A stretch of DNA of 64,000 nt from a virus, in the IMG/VR virus record IMGVR_UViG_3300028045_001344, positions 1 through 64,000 of that record; one strand, written 5' to 3'. Positions 1 to 8,052 of this stretch are shown piece after piece (position 1 is the first letter of the stretch; each line of letters starts with the position of its first letter). The notes below the pieces were generated by a model. The model was not told the DNA's origin and searched no databases. It saw nothing but the letters and a program-made list of their open reading frames with translations. The translations under genes were made by a program, and so were the position numbers.

Positions 1-1875
1 TCGCACTGGATCAGGCGGATAAATGTTAATTAATCTATCAACTTCATTATTAACAATGTCATTCCACATTTGAAAATAATTATTATTTGTTATTATATAG
101 GTTTCGTACATGTCACCAGGAGAACACTCACCAACACTACAATTTAATGCTTGGGCTTGAACGTGAGCTTCTGTTGTGGACCCCCATGTTTGTGCGGGTT
201 CGTCGGTGATCATAATAATATAAGGATAGGCGTCAGTGCGCCAGCTAATTCCAACAGGATCGCTAGGGTCTGTTAAAGAATCCATTACATCCCAACTTGG
301 CTCATTACCTCCACCATTACATGACATATTCAATAGTGCTGCTCGAAAGGATGCAACATCCACCAGTGAAGGTTGCGAGCGCAATTCATAACGTGCTGAT
401 GAATTGGTTTGGTACTGGCCGGGAAATGAAACAAGAGCAAATCTGTGCTCAGTGTTTTGAAACTGTGAAATGTATTGTGTTATTCCTTGTGTTAGTGCTG
501 CGATAAACGGGCACATTGAACCAGAAATGTCTATCACAAAAACCATATCAACTTTGGCGTGAGGATTTAAATCTTCGTCGATTGCCCCATCGCAATCATT
601 ATCCAAATGATCACAAATTTCGAGTTGTGGAGATACAGCGCCAATACAATCAGACCACACGCCTAGTGTGCAAGAACTAGTTCCAACGCGACATTCGCCA
701 ATTCCAGCAGTCGCAGTATTTCCACAGGTCATTCCCATTCCGTCTATAGTACCATCACAATCATCATCCCAGTTGTTGCATGTTTCTGGTGTTATGTTAT
801 AGAAATAGCATGGACCCCATGCACCATACTCATCGCACAACTCAACTCCAACACCACAATTAACAGGCGTATTTGTAACAGGATCAAGTATATTTTGATT
901 ACATATGCGAGCTTGACCAAGCACACAACTGCACCCCTCGTCAACTACACCATCGCAATCATTATCAATCATATCACAAAGTTCTGCCGTGGGCTGGACT
1001 GCATCGCAATTTACCCACGCACCGCTTGAACATTCCTCAACGCCGGAGCCACAGGCACTAGCGCATCTGCGTATCAACCCTTCATCCACTGCGCCATCAC
1101 AGTCGTTGTCCGCACCATCGCAGGTTTCGGCTTCGGGATAGATCGCATCAATACATTTTGATTCTCCGCTATCACACAGCACTCTTCCAAATGCACAAAT
1201 TCCTACTGCTTGAGATGGTCCGCAAGTTGTTCGCCTTATATCATCAACTGTCCCGTTACAGTCATCGTCAATTTCGTTACATGTTTCCGCAGTGGGAAGT
1301 GTTTGATTATTGCACGGGCCCCAACTACCATCAATACAAAATTGCTGCCCTTGTTGGCATATTGAATCTCCACCGAATACAGCCAGCGTCGGACCTCGCC
1401 AACAACTTAAAGGCGCGAGGGCTTCGTCGATCTCATCGTTACAATCATTGTCGCGCCCATCGCAAACTTCTGTTGCTGTTGGATTTACTGATTTTCGTAA
1501 ATCGTCACAATCGCCACCGCAGGAAGTATAGCCATCGTTGTCAAAATCAAATCCTTCATCAACCTCTCCATCACAATCATTATCTAAATCGTCGCAGATT
1601 TCTTCAGCGGGAGAAACAAAGCCCGCGCAAGTTTCAACGCCTTCGTCGTCACACTCAATTGTTCCAAATTGGCAAACGCCTGTTTTATAAATATCATGAT
1701 CTTTGAGGTTGTCGGCTAAAATGACTGTGCCGTTGTTGGTGATACCGCAGGGTCGATTTAAGTGGCAAACTTTGGCTATACCACTGCCGTCATCGCAAGA
1801 CGAGCACCCTTGAAGAATGGTCGCTACCGCGATGGAAAATAGAAAAACTTTGTAATAGGAAAACTTAATCCCCAC
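1..1875 (-). CDS. Lipoprotein with Cys/Asp-rich MopE-like (ExCDGxDNDCDGxxDE) repeats and C-terminal vWA domain; runs off the window edge
   Basis: Absent from the ORF track; translated by hand in segments that are all in one frame from GTG at 1875: MGIKFSYYKVFLFSIAVATILQG-C (lipobox-like), repeats such as EEICDDLDNDCDGEVDEG, and the vWA MIDAS motif DMVFVIDISGSM. Confidence 0.85.
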   Translation of the reverse strand, partial: MGIKFSYYKVFLFSIAVATILQGCSSCDDGSGIAKVCHLNRPCGITNNGTVILADNLKDHDIYKTGVCQFGTIECDDEGVETCAGFVSPAEEICDDLDNDCDGEVDEGFDFDNDGYTSCGGDCDDLRKSVNPTATEVCDGRDNDCNDEIDEALAPLSCWRGPTLAVFGGDSICQQGQQFCIDGSWGPCNNQTLPTAETCNEIDDDCNGTVDDIRRTTCGPSQAVGICAFGRVLCDSGESKCIDAIYPEAETCDGADNDCDGAVDEGLIRRCASACGSGVEECSSGAWVNCDAVQPTAELCDMIDNDCDGVVDEGCSCVLGQARICNQNILDPVTNTPVNCGVGVELCDEYGAWGPCYFYNITPETCNNWDDDCDGTIDGMGMTCGNTATAGIGECRVGTSSCTLGVWSDCIGAVSPQLEICDHLDNDCDGAIDEDLNPHAKVDMVFVIDISGSMCPFIAALTQGITQYISQFQNTEHRFALVSFPGQYQTNSSARYELRSQPSLVDVASFRAALLNMSCNGGGNEPSWDVMDSLTDPSDPVGISWRTDAYPYIIMITDEPAQTWGSTTEAHVQAQALNCSVGECSPGDMYETYIITNNNYFQMWNDIVNNEVDRLINIYPPDPVR

Positions 1876-1964
1876 ACTATACTTATATCATAGAAAGAGA
1901 AAAGGTATAAATTTTATTTTTTGGATTTTATTCTAACCCGCACGGGGTTAGTATCGAAAGCCAC

Positions 1965-2249
1965 TCATTCTTCAAGTTGTTCTTCTTCATCCCCCGCCAC
2001 GGCGAAGGCATCAGACACCCTTTTCTGCGCTGCGACTGCGCGTTCCCATCGGGCAGTACCGGGCGTAAATTCTTCTTCCTCTGGTTCTTCCGGTCCATAG
2101 CCCGCTGGGGTTACATCAGTGATCGAATACTTTCGCTTCTTTTTTTCGTAGGTGTCAACCTTACTTTGGAGGTGGGGTGGCAACACTTCTGAAAGTTTAG
2201 CAAACTCCTCTTTAATAATTTGTTTTAGTTTGGATTTTGTAATTTTCAT
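1965..2249 (-). CDS. Small hypothetical protein with MKITKSKLKQIIKEE leader (putative internal head protein)
   Basis: ORF overlaps the stop of the upstream gene; amphipathic leader ending in IxE. Confidence 0.6.
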   Translation of the reverse strand: MKITKSKLKQIIKEEFAKLSEVLPPHLQSKVDTYEKKKRKYSITDVTPAGYGPEEPEEEEFTPGTARWERAVAAQKRVSDAFAVAGDEEEQLEE

Positions 2250-2851
2250 AGGTATAGTTTTCCTTGTTGTTTTAGTTTATCAGTCATTTCTGAATTGTTT
2301 TTGCGATATAGCATGGAGATAGGTTTATGATTCCACTCGCCACCAGTCTTCTCTGCCCATCTTTGTGCAGACAGTTGGGTGCAATTGTCGGCTTCTTCTG
2401 GTGTCAAGGTGTTTTTTAGATCATCAAGTTGGATCTTCTCAATGTCATCTCGCTGGTCCATATATTTTTTCCATACTATATAGGCTTCTTCGCTTACGCC
2501 TTGTCGATCAGACATAAGACCGCTGCCGTTTTTGGTGGCATATTCCATCGCTAAATCGTAAAGAAGCGGACCCCAACCGCTGACGGCTTCGGATTTTCTT
2601 ACCTCAAAGGCTCTACTACACAAATCACCATTGATGCCCCATTGAGTAATCCAGACTTTTCCAAAAATTCTACCGAATTTGTCACGCTGTTCTTGCTGTG
2701 TTGGTTCTTCTCCCGTTGCTTCACTCACAATCTTAAACACAATGTCTTCGCCATCATCAATCATTCGAATTTGAATTCCCTCGGGTAGATCGGAAGGTTG
2801 CTTCATTCCTTCGTTAAGATAGGTGCGCCAGTTTTCAAATAAGAGTTTCAT
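2246..2851 (-). CDS. Leader-bearing GNAT-like acetyltransferase (putative virion cargo)
   Basis: MKLLFENWRTYLNE leader; GWGPLLYDLAME...LMSD...VSEEAYIVW resembles GNAT motifs A and B. Confidence 0.6.
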   Translation of the reverse strand: MKLLFENWRTYLNEGMKQPSDLPEGIQIRMIDDGEDIVFKIVSEATGEEPTQQEQRDKFGRIFGKVWITQWGINGDLCSRAFEVRKSEAVSGWGPLLYDLAMEYATKNGSGLMSDRQGVSEEAYIVWKKYMDQRDDIEKIQLDDLKNTLTPEEADNCTQLSAQRWAEKTGGEWNHKPISMLYRKNNSEMTDKLKQQGKLYL

Positions 2852-2854
2852 AAA

Positions 2855-3475
2855 TTATTTTGGTGCGGCGAGCATATCCTTTAGGCTTGGCCAAAATGTG
2901 GCAGCTAAATAAGCTTTCACTTCACCAGCCTTCACTGCTGCAAGGAGCGATTCAAAACCCGCGAAAGCGGTGTTGCCTGACTTTGCGGCTGATGCAGCAC
3001 CGACTCCTGAATATATCATTAGAAAAGCGATCAAGAGGTGAAACAATAAATCAGTAGCTTGTTTTGCTTTGGTTTCATCTTTAATTCTCAAAACCTTCTC
3101 GACAAAAAACCTAATAGGCTTGTGAAATAGGTGATGAAATTTATCTGCATAATGATTAATCTTTTCTGCTACTTTTTCAATGCCTAGATCTTTTCCTGTC
3201 CAACCTTTCACGGCGTTCCCAAACACTTTCGCAATACCTGTGAAAAGTTTCACAATCGCGGGGGCAGCAAGAGTAACGCCAAGACCAAATAATACACCTT
3301 CATCAAGTGGTTGCCTGGATTCTATCTCTTGCGCGATCTCCTCCGTAGTATCACCCACATCATCGCCAAAAAGTCCAGCGATCTTTCCAAAAGTCTTTTC
3401 TAAAAAGCGATCAAACGCTTCTTCTTCTTCGGCTTCGTTAATATAACCTCGCCATTGTTCCATTAATAGTTTCAT
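2855..3475 (-). CDS. Leader-bearing protein with hydrophobic/amphipathic helices (putative virion cargo)
   Basis: Start reassigned to MKLLMEQWRGYINE at 3475; hydrophobic segments GVLFGLGVTLAAPAIVKLF and LLFHLLIAFLMIYSGVGAA. Confidence 0.6.
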   Translation of the reverse strand: MKLLMEQWRGYINEAEEEEAFDRFLEKTFGKIAGLFGDDVGDTTEEIAQEIESRQPLDEGVLFGLGVTLAAPAIVKLFTGIAKVFGNAVKGWTGKDLGIEKVAEKINHYADKFHHLFHKPIRFFVEKVLRIKDETKAKQATDLLFHLLIAFLMIYSGVGAASAAKSGNTAFAGFESLLAAVKAGEVKAYLAATFWPSLKDMLAAPK

Positions 3476-3477
3476 AA

Positions 3478-4509
3478 TTATACCGCTGCGTTTTTCATTT
3501 CCCTTTTTCTTTTTTGCCATTTGTTTCTGGCAGCATTAAAAGTTCCCATGTCTGTTATAATTACTTTTTTATATTTGTTTTCCAGATCATATTTTTCAAT
3601 AGCTGCCATAATCTTATCCATCTTACCGATTTCGTATCTAAGTTCGCGCTTTTCGGCTGGTGTGAGGTCGCCGTGCTTCATTTTGTTAAATATCTTTTTG
3701 GTCTTTACGGCGGGTCCACCAATATAAAGAGCAGACGAATGTGGAACGTTCATAACGTTGGTGTCCACGACCCATTCGTTTTCCGCCTTAAACATTTTCG
3801 CTGCGTTGACTATCCCTGTATAAAGGATGAGCCGCATAAAACCTTTGGAGATATATTTACCTAACTCGTCTTGCTTCCACGAATCGGCTTTCTTAAGTTG
3901 GTCTTGGAGAGCCGGAAATAACAAATCAACCAGGTCTTGCAGACTATTTATGCGATCTAGGTTGGCATACAATTCTTGGGCGATAGGAGTTTTTACATCC
4001 CACTCCCTAAGAAAGTTTTGCATCGTGACCATGGCTTGGTTATCCACCTTCTCGCGTGTGACTTTCCACATCGTCTCGCCGATGTCAGCAGAATCAAAAA
4101 TATTTCCGATTACGCGCTCTGCGTGTTGTTCGTCGCCTTGATTCTTTTCCGTCAAGCGATAAAATGCTTTTAGTCCGTCTTGCGCTAGGAAATCAGGATT
4201 ATCATATTCTATTTTTACAATAGAATCGTTTATCTCGGCAAAATCTTTGCCGTCCATTACAATGGTTGCGTCTCTAATGTTGCCGTGCATTTGCATAAAA
4301 TTGGAGGGATTATCAGCAAAGCCAACGATGTCTGAGCTAGAAGCTCCGGGTGTCTTGATGACTTTATTATCTCCCAAATCTTTCATAATATCCGGTCGGT
4401 AATCGTCATCAAAATAGATGGAGATATAAAACTTCTTCGGCATAGAGACATCCGAAACATTTTCTAACTCTTTAAGATAAGAGCGCCAGTTTTCCATCAA
4501 GAGTTTCAT
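3478..4509 (-). CDS. Leader-bearing hypothetical protein (putative virion cargo)
   Basis: 343 aa ORF with MKLLMENWRSYLKE leader. Confidence 0.65.
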   Translation of the reverse strand: MKLLMENWRSYLKELENVSDVSMPKKFYISIYFDDDYRPDIMKDLGDNKVIKTPGASSSDIVGFADNPSNFMQMHGNIRDATIVMDGKDFAEINDSIVKIEYDNPDFLAQDGLKAFYRLTEKNQGDEQHAERVIGNIFDSADIGETMWKVTREKVDNQAMVTMQNFLREWDVKTPIAQELYANLDRINSLQDLVDLLFPALQDQLKKADSWKQDELGKYISKGFMRLILYTGIVNAAKMFKAENEWVVDTNVMNVPHSSALYIGGPAVKTKKIFNKMKHGDLTPAEKRELRYEIGKMDKIMAAIEKYDLENKYKKVIITDMGTFNAARNKWQKRKREMKNAAV

Positions 4510-4871
4510 TTCTTTTTTATCAACTCTTTTTTAATCACCTTAATGTTTTCGGGCTCCAAGATAATCCAGTTGTCGTCAAGTCTAACACTATCGAAACCAA
4601 GCCCATCTAATTCACCAAGAGAGTATTTATCATATTCATCCCATCCTGCTACTTTTCCCGGCTTTAGTTCCGCAGTCATCAACCACTTTGTTGATACGGC
4701 CCCACTCTCGCCACGCAAGATTTTATCCCTGTCTTCGTTAAACCAAAAAACTCCTTGAGCTGAAAACTGTTTATCAAAATCTCCAATGGGCACAGAACTT
4801 CCGTGGTAAGCGGTGACAATTTCATCTTCTTCTCGTAGATGCTTGCGCCAGTTTTCAAAGAGAACCTTCAT
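4506..4871 (-). CDS. Leader-bearing ADP-ribosyltransferase-like (ART-PolyVal type) protein
   Basis: MKVLFENWRKHLRE leader; AYHGS...FDKQFS..GVFWF...GFDSVRL...I..PENIK pattern of ART-like phage domains. Confidence 0.5.
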   Translation of the reverse strand: MKVLFENWRKHLREEDEIVTAYHGSSVPIGDFDKQFSAQGVFWFNEDRDKILRGESGAVSTKWLMTAELKPGKVAGWDEYDKYSLGELDGLGFDSVRLDDNWIILEPENIKVIKKELIKKK

Positions 4872-5503
4872 GGTTGAACCACATTCACTCCCTTGGGTCG
4901 GCCTAATAAAATCTTCATATGTATGCTTCCGCCAAGCTTGCGCTTATACCAGCCAGGATGGTTTGGGTATTTTCCTTCTGGGTGTGGTCCAATCCATTCT
5001 ATATCTTTTCCTAAAACTTTTCGCACGTCTTCTTCGTTATCAACGAAGGGAACATTATGATACTTAATCATTACGTGGGCAATCGCATCCGACAACTCAC
5101 CATAGTTTCCTTCTGTATTTAATAATTCAGCAGTCTTTTCTTTGTATGCTTTTATGCCTTCTGATCCACCATCGGAGGCACCAACGGTCATTTTAATTCC
5201 TGCTGGTTTTGTTTTTGCGCCTCTCACTGCATCGGGTTCGGGGTCAGCATCCACATCAACTGCCAGCCACTTATCATAATCCGATGGCATATCACTAGCA
5301 GATCGAATATCCACATTTCCACCAATCTTTGCGTAAGATTTGTCAATCATAGCATAGATCTCATCGGTAATATCAATATTGTCTGGATCGTTTGTTAGCT
5401 CGTCGGTGGGAAGCTCAACCCATTTATTCTTTTTGCCGTCGCTATAATCAGCAAACACCTTTTCGTCTAAATATTTTCGCCAACCTTCAAATAATAACTT
5501 CAT
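4868..5503 (-). CDS. Leader-bearing hypothetical protein (putative virion cargo)
   Basis: MKLLFEGWRKYLDE at 5503 with a GAGG RBS; the ORF extends upstream to an ATG at 5575. Confidence 0.65.
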   Translation of the reverse strand: MKLLFEGWRKYLDEKVFADYSDGKKNKWVELPTDELTNDPDNIDITDEIYAMIDKSYAKIGGNVDIRSASDMPSDYDKWLAVDVDADPEPDAVRGAKTKPAGIKMTVGASDGGSEGIKAYKEKTAELLNTEGNYGELSDAIAHVMIKYHNVPFVDNEEDVRKVLGKDIEWIGPHPEGKYPNHPGWYKRKLGGSIHMKILLGRPKGVNVVQP

Positions 5504-5579
5504 CGTTTTCCCTCGGTCTTTTTCATTTTGAATCTCCGCACTAAGAAGTTGTTCTAATGAAAACTTATCTACCATATAC

Positions 5580-5587
5580 TAAATAGT
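5580..5587 (-). promoter_or_regulatory. Late promoter motif ACTATTTA inside the leader-protein array
   Basis: Same motif, intergenic. Confidence 0.6.
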
Positions 5588-5590
5588 TTC

Positions 5591-6424
5591 TTAAAATGTC
5601 TCTTGCTCTACCTCTTTGATTACAGCAGCAGGTAAGTTCTTTTTAGCGTAGCCAATAATAGATTGACGGTAATCGTTTTTGAAGAAATCTGTTACTTCAT
5701 CTTTTGTATATCGAACTTCACCCTTGGCGAGTTCTTTGGGATGGGCATAAAAATTAATAAATTCTCCAATAGAATCGTCTAACTTCGCTGAGAAAGGAAC
5801 TTTAGACATTTTTGCTCGTTTGTAAGTTCCACGAGCATATGCTTCAATTTCAGACGGGTCAAGGTAATAAAGACCAAGAGCATCAATGGAGGCTAATCCA
5901 CCTTGAAACGCTTTCTTTTGTTGTTTTCCGGCTTTTTTTAATACGTCGATAGATTGTCCACCGTGCGTAAGTTCGTGAACCGTGGTATCTTTCATCTTTT
6001 CTATGAGTTCGGACATATCACCTATTCTAAACTCATCTGAAAGAGACACATTGACGGCTACGATACGATCACGCACCATTTCACCATCAGAATCATCATC
6101 AGAAGTCATCGTCTGCCCACTGACACTAAACTTTTTGCCTTCTCCAAAAGCAGTGGAAGGTTCAACTCGTAATTGAAAAGTTATTTTCTTGATACCCTCC
6201 TCCTCTAGAGATTTTGGAAGGCCACCAAAGTATTTGTTATCATATGCAACGCTCTCAAGTGGATGTTTTATGGACCCAAAACGGGGTTTAATGCGGGGCT
6301 CCCCTTTGTTGGCACTCAGGTGATCTTTAATCTTATTCACGATATTTCTTACCATCGTTGTTGCTTCGCCTTCAAACTTGGCTTCTTTTAGCACTTTCCG
6401 CCAGTTTTCAAATAAGAGTTTCAT
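5591..6424 (-). CDS. Leader-bearing zincin (HExxH) metallopeptidase-like protein
   Basis: MKLLFENWRKVLKE leader; TTVHELTH plus downstream YYLDPSEIEAYARG (candidate third-ligand Glu). Confidence 0.65.
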   Translation of the reverse strand: MKLLFENWRKVLKEAKFEGEATTMVRNIVNKIKDHLSANKGEPRIKPRFGSIKHPLESVAYDNKYFGGLPKSLEEEGIKKITFQLRVEPSTAFGEGKKFSVSGQTMTSDDDSDGEMVRDRIVAVNVSLSDEFRIGDMSELIEKMKDTTVHELTHGGQSIDVLKKAGKQQKKAFQGGLASIDALGLYYLDPSEIEAYARGTYKRAKMSKVPFSAKLDDSIGEFINFYAHPKELAKGEVRYTKDEVTDFFKNDYRQSIIGYAKKNLPAAVIKEVEQETF

Positions 6425-6449
6425 TAAAATGTCTCCTGCTCTCCGTCTT
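5591..6449. repeat. 26-bp imperfect direct repeat (5591-5616 and 6424-6449) flanking the metallopeptidase gene
   Basis: ttaaaatgtctcttgctctacctctt vs ttaaaatgtctcctgctctccgtctt (23/26); both encode EQETF*. Confidence 0.8.
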
Positions 6450-6741
6450 CATAAGTTATAATTGTTTTGTTGGAAGGGTGAGGATTAATATGAACCTTAA
6501 TAAAATCGTCCATTGAATCAAAGATCGCAATTCCTCCGCGTGGTGGTGGATAGAGCCAATGAATGATGGCTTGTCCACTTGCTAATTTAGCGCCCTCAAT
6601 CACAACACCCGCGCCGGAAACGCCAGTTTGATCCTCGTCGCGATAAACTGTGAAAGTTCGAATACCTCTTGGTGCCAAGGATGAAGGAGGGCTAGGCTTT
6701 AGTTCTTCTAATGCCTCCGCGTGTTTCTTTTTTGTGGTCAA
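6424..6741 (-). CDS. Conserved-looking phage hypothetical protein (RxxDxxGVSGxGxVxEG motif)
   Basis: 105 aa ORF; RDEDQTGVSGAGVVIEG motif recalled from phage hypothetical proteins. Confidence 0.6.
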   Translation of the reverse strand: MTTKKKHAEALEELKPSPPSSLAPRGIRTFTVYRDEDQTGVSGAGVVIEGAKLASGQAIIHWLYPPPRGGIAIFDSMDDFIKVHINPHPSNKTIITYEDGEQETF

Positions 6742-6743
6742 AA

Positions 6744-7442
6744 CTAACTTCCCCCTGCACCGGGGGGTGCCGAACCTTTATAGTTAGACTTGAGCTGTTT
6801 CCAGCCTGGAAGTTTTGTTTGTGCGTTTTTCTTTTTGGTGGGAGTGATGACTTGATTTATTTCTTTGTTTGCTCTGTGAGATGTAATGGGGTAATCATTT
6901 TCGTCTAGTTCTTCTTCCTCAGTTTTTTTCTTGGGACCAAAAAATATTATATTGTCGCCCGCTATGCCAATCTCAAAATTAGCCGGAAGATTCTTTTTTA
7001 AGAAGCGCAAATACATTTTAGTACGTGTGGTTTGACCTTTGCTGCCAACTTCCCCGCCCTTATCAATCCCTTCAAATACAAAACGCAAAATTCCCCGATT
7101 CACTTCAGGGTTTGAAATAAAATCATTAACAATCGCTACAACAGTAGACATAATTCGTAAAGGGTGTCCCTCTCCTGTCTGTTTCATAGACGCATCGGCT
7201 TCAAAGTCCAAGGTCCATATAGGGACTTTTCGTTTGACATATTCACCATCTTCCCAAGTTGTGCTTTTTTTGAAAAACACTTGATAGTCACTTCCGTCTT
7301 CCCCGTTTGGATCATCCGACGACACAAAATTATATTCTACTTCGTATTCATCATTAGAGCCAAGTTCCCAGTCAAAAGGTTCTGCGCTTGCATCGCCAAT
7401 CTCTTTAAGATAGTTGCGCCAACTTTCAATCAATAGTTTCAT
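6744..7442 (-). CDS. Leader-bearing hypothetical protein (putative virion cargo)
   Basis: MKLLIESWRNYLKE leader; 232 aa. Confidence 0.65.
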   Translation of the reverse strand: MKLLIESWRNYLKEIGDASAEPFDWELGSNDEYEVEYNFVSSDDPNGEDGSDYQVFFKKSTTWEDGEYVKRKVPIWTLDFEADASMKQTGEGHPLRIMSTVVAIVNDFISNPEVNRGILRFVFEGIDKGGEVGSKGQTTRTKMYLRFLKKNLPANFEIGIAGDNIIFFGPKKKTEEEELDENDYPITSHRANKEINQVITPTKKKNAQTKLPGWKQLKSNYKGSAPPGAGGS

Positions 7443-8052
7443 CTTTTACCAACTCCTTGTTTACAATCGTGTATCCTTGGACTTCGCCTATGTTGATAAA
7501 ATCAAACTGATCCAGGATAACCATTTTCTGTGGGCAATTCGTTTTGTTATTAAGATAGAAGCAAGAAATCTGTCCTACAATTTCGCTAAACAATGCCGGG
7601 ACAGCCACCGGAGGAACCATTTTGACATGAGCATTGTATGCTTTTATTTCCCCACCATAGGAAAAAGGAACTTTCCTTTGGACGTGTCCGCCAAAGTCGT
7701 GAACAGTTCTAAATTTAGCATTTGTTTCGGCGTCAAAAATTGGATGTTCTGCGTCAGCCGTAGACACAAGAAGAACGCCATCTTCCTGCACTTGCTTGAT
7801 CATTTGTTTAGAAGATTTATAAGGATGATAATCAACAAACTCTACATCAACTACACCAACCACCCTTTCAAAGAACTTATTAACCCACTCACCTAATGCC
7901 TCATAACTTGCCTTGGCTCCTGGTTGTTCCATCGGGGCATCTATATATGCCTGACCAACTAATTGACGATAGAGATCCCATCCGTTCTCACCAGGCTTAA
8001 GCATTAATTTCTCATTAATATACCCGCGCCAATTTTCAAATAATAGTTTCAT
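7426..8052 (-). CDS. Leader-bearing protein with NxxFRxVHDxxGH motif (possible metal-binding domain)
   Basis: MKLLFENWRGYINE leader; NAKFRTVHDFGGH...GEIKAY. Confidence 0.55.
   Translation of the reverse strand: MKLLFENWRGYINEKLMLKPGENGWDLYRQLVGQAYIDAPMEQPGAKASYEALGEWVNKFFERVVGVVDVEFVDYHPYKSSKQMIKQVQEDGVLLVSTADAEHPIFDAETNAKFRTVHDFGGHVQRKVPFSYGGEIKAYNAHVKMVPPVAVPALFSEIVGQISCFYLNNKTNCPQKMVILDQFDFINIGEVQGYTIVNKELVKDETID

Noticed and set aside
1933-1951. Hairpin CTAACCC-GCACG-GGGTTAG after the leader array as an intrinsic terminator
   Set aside because: No U-tract follows on the coding strand, so it cannot be supported as a terminator.
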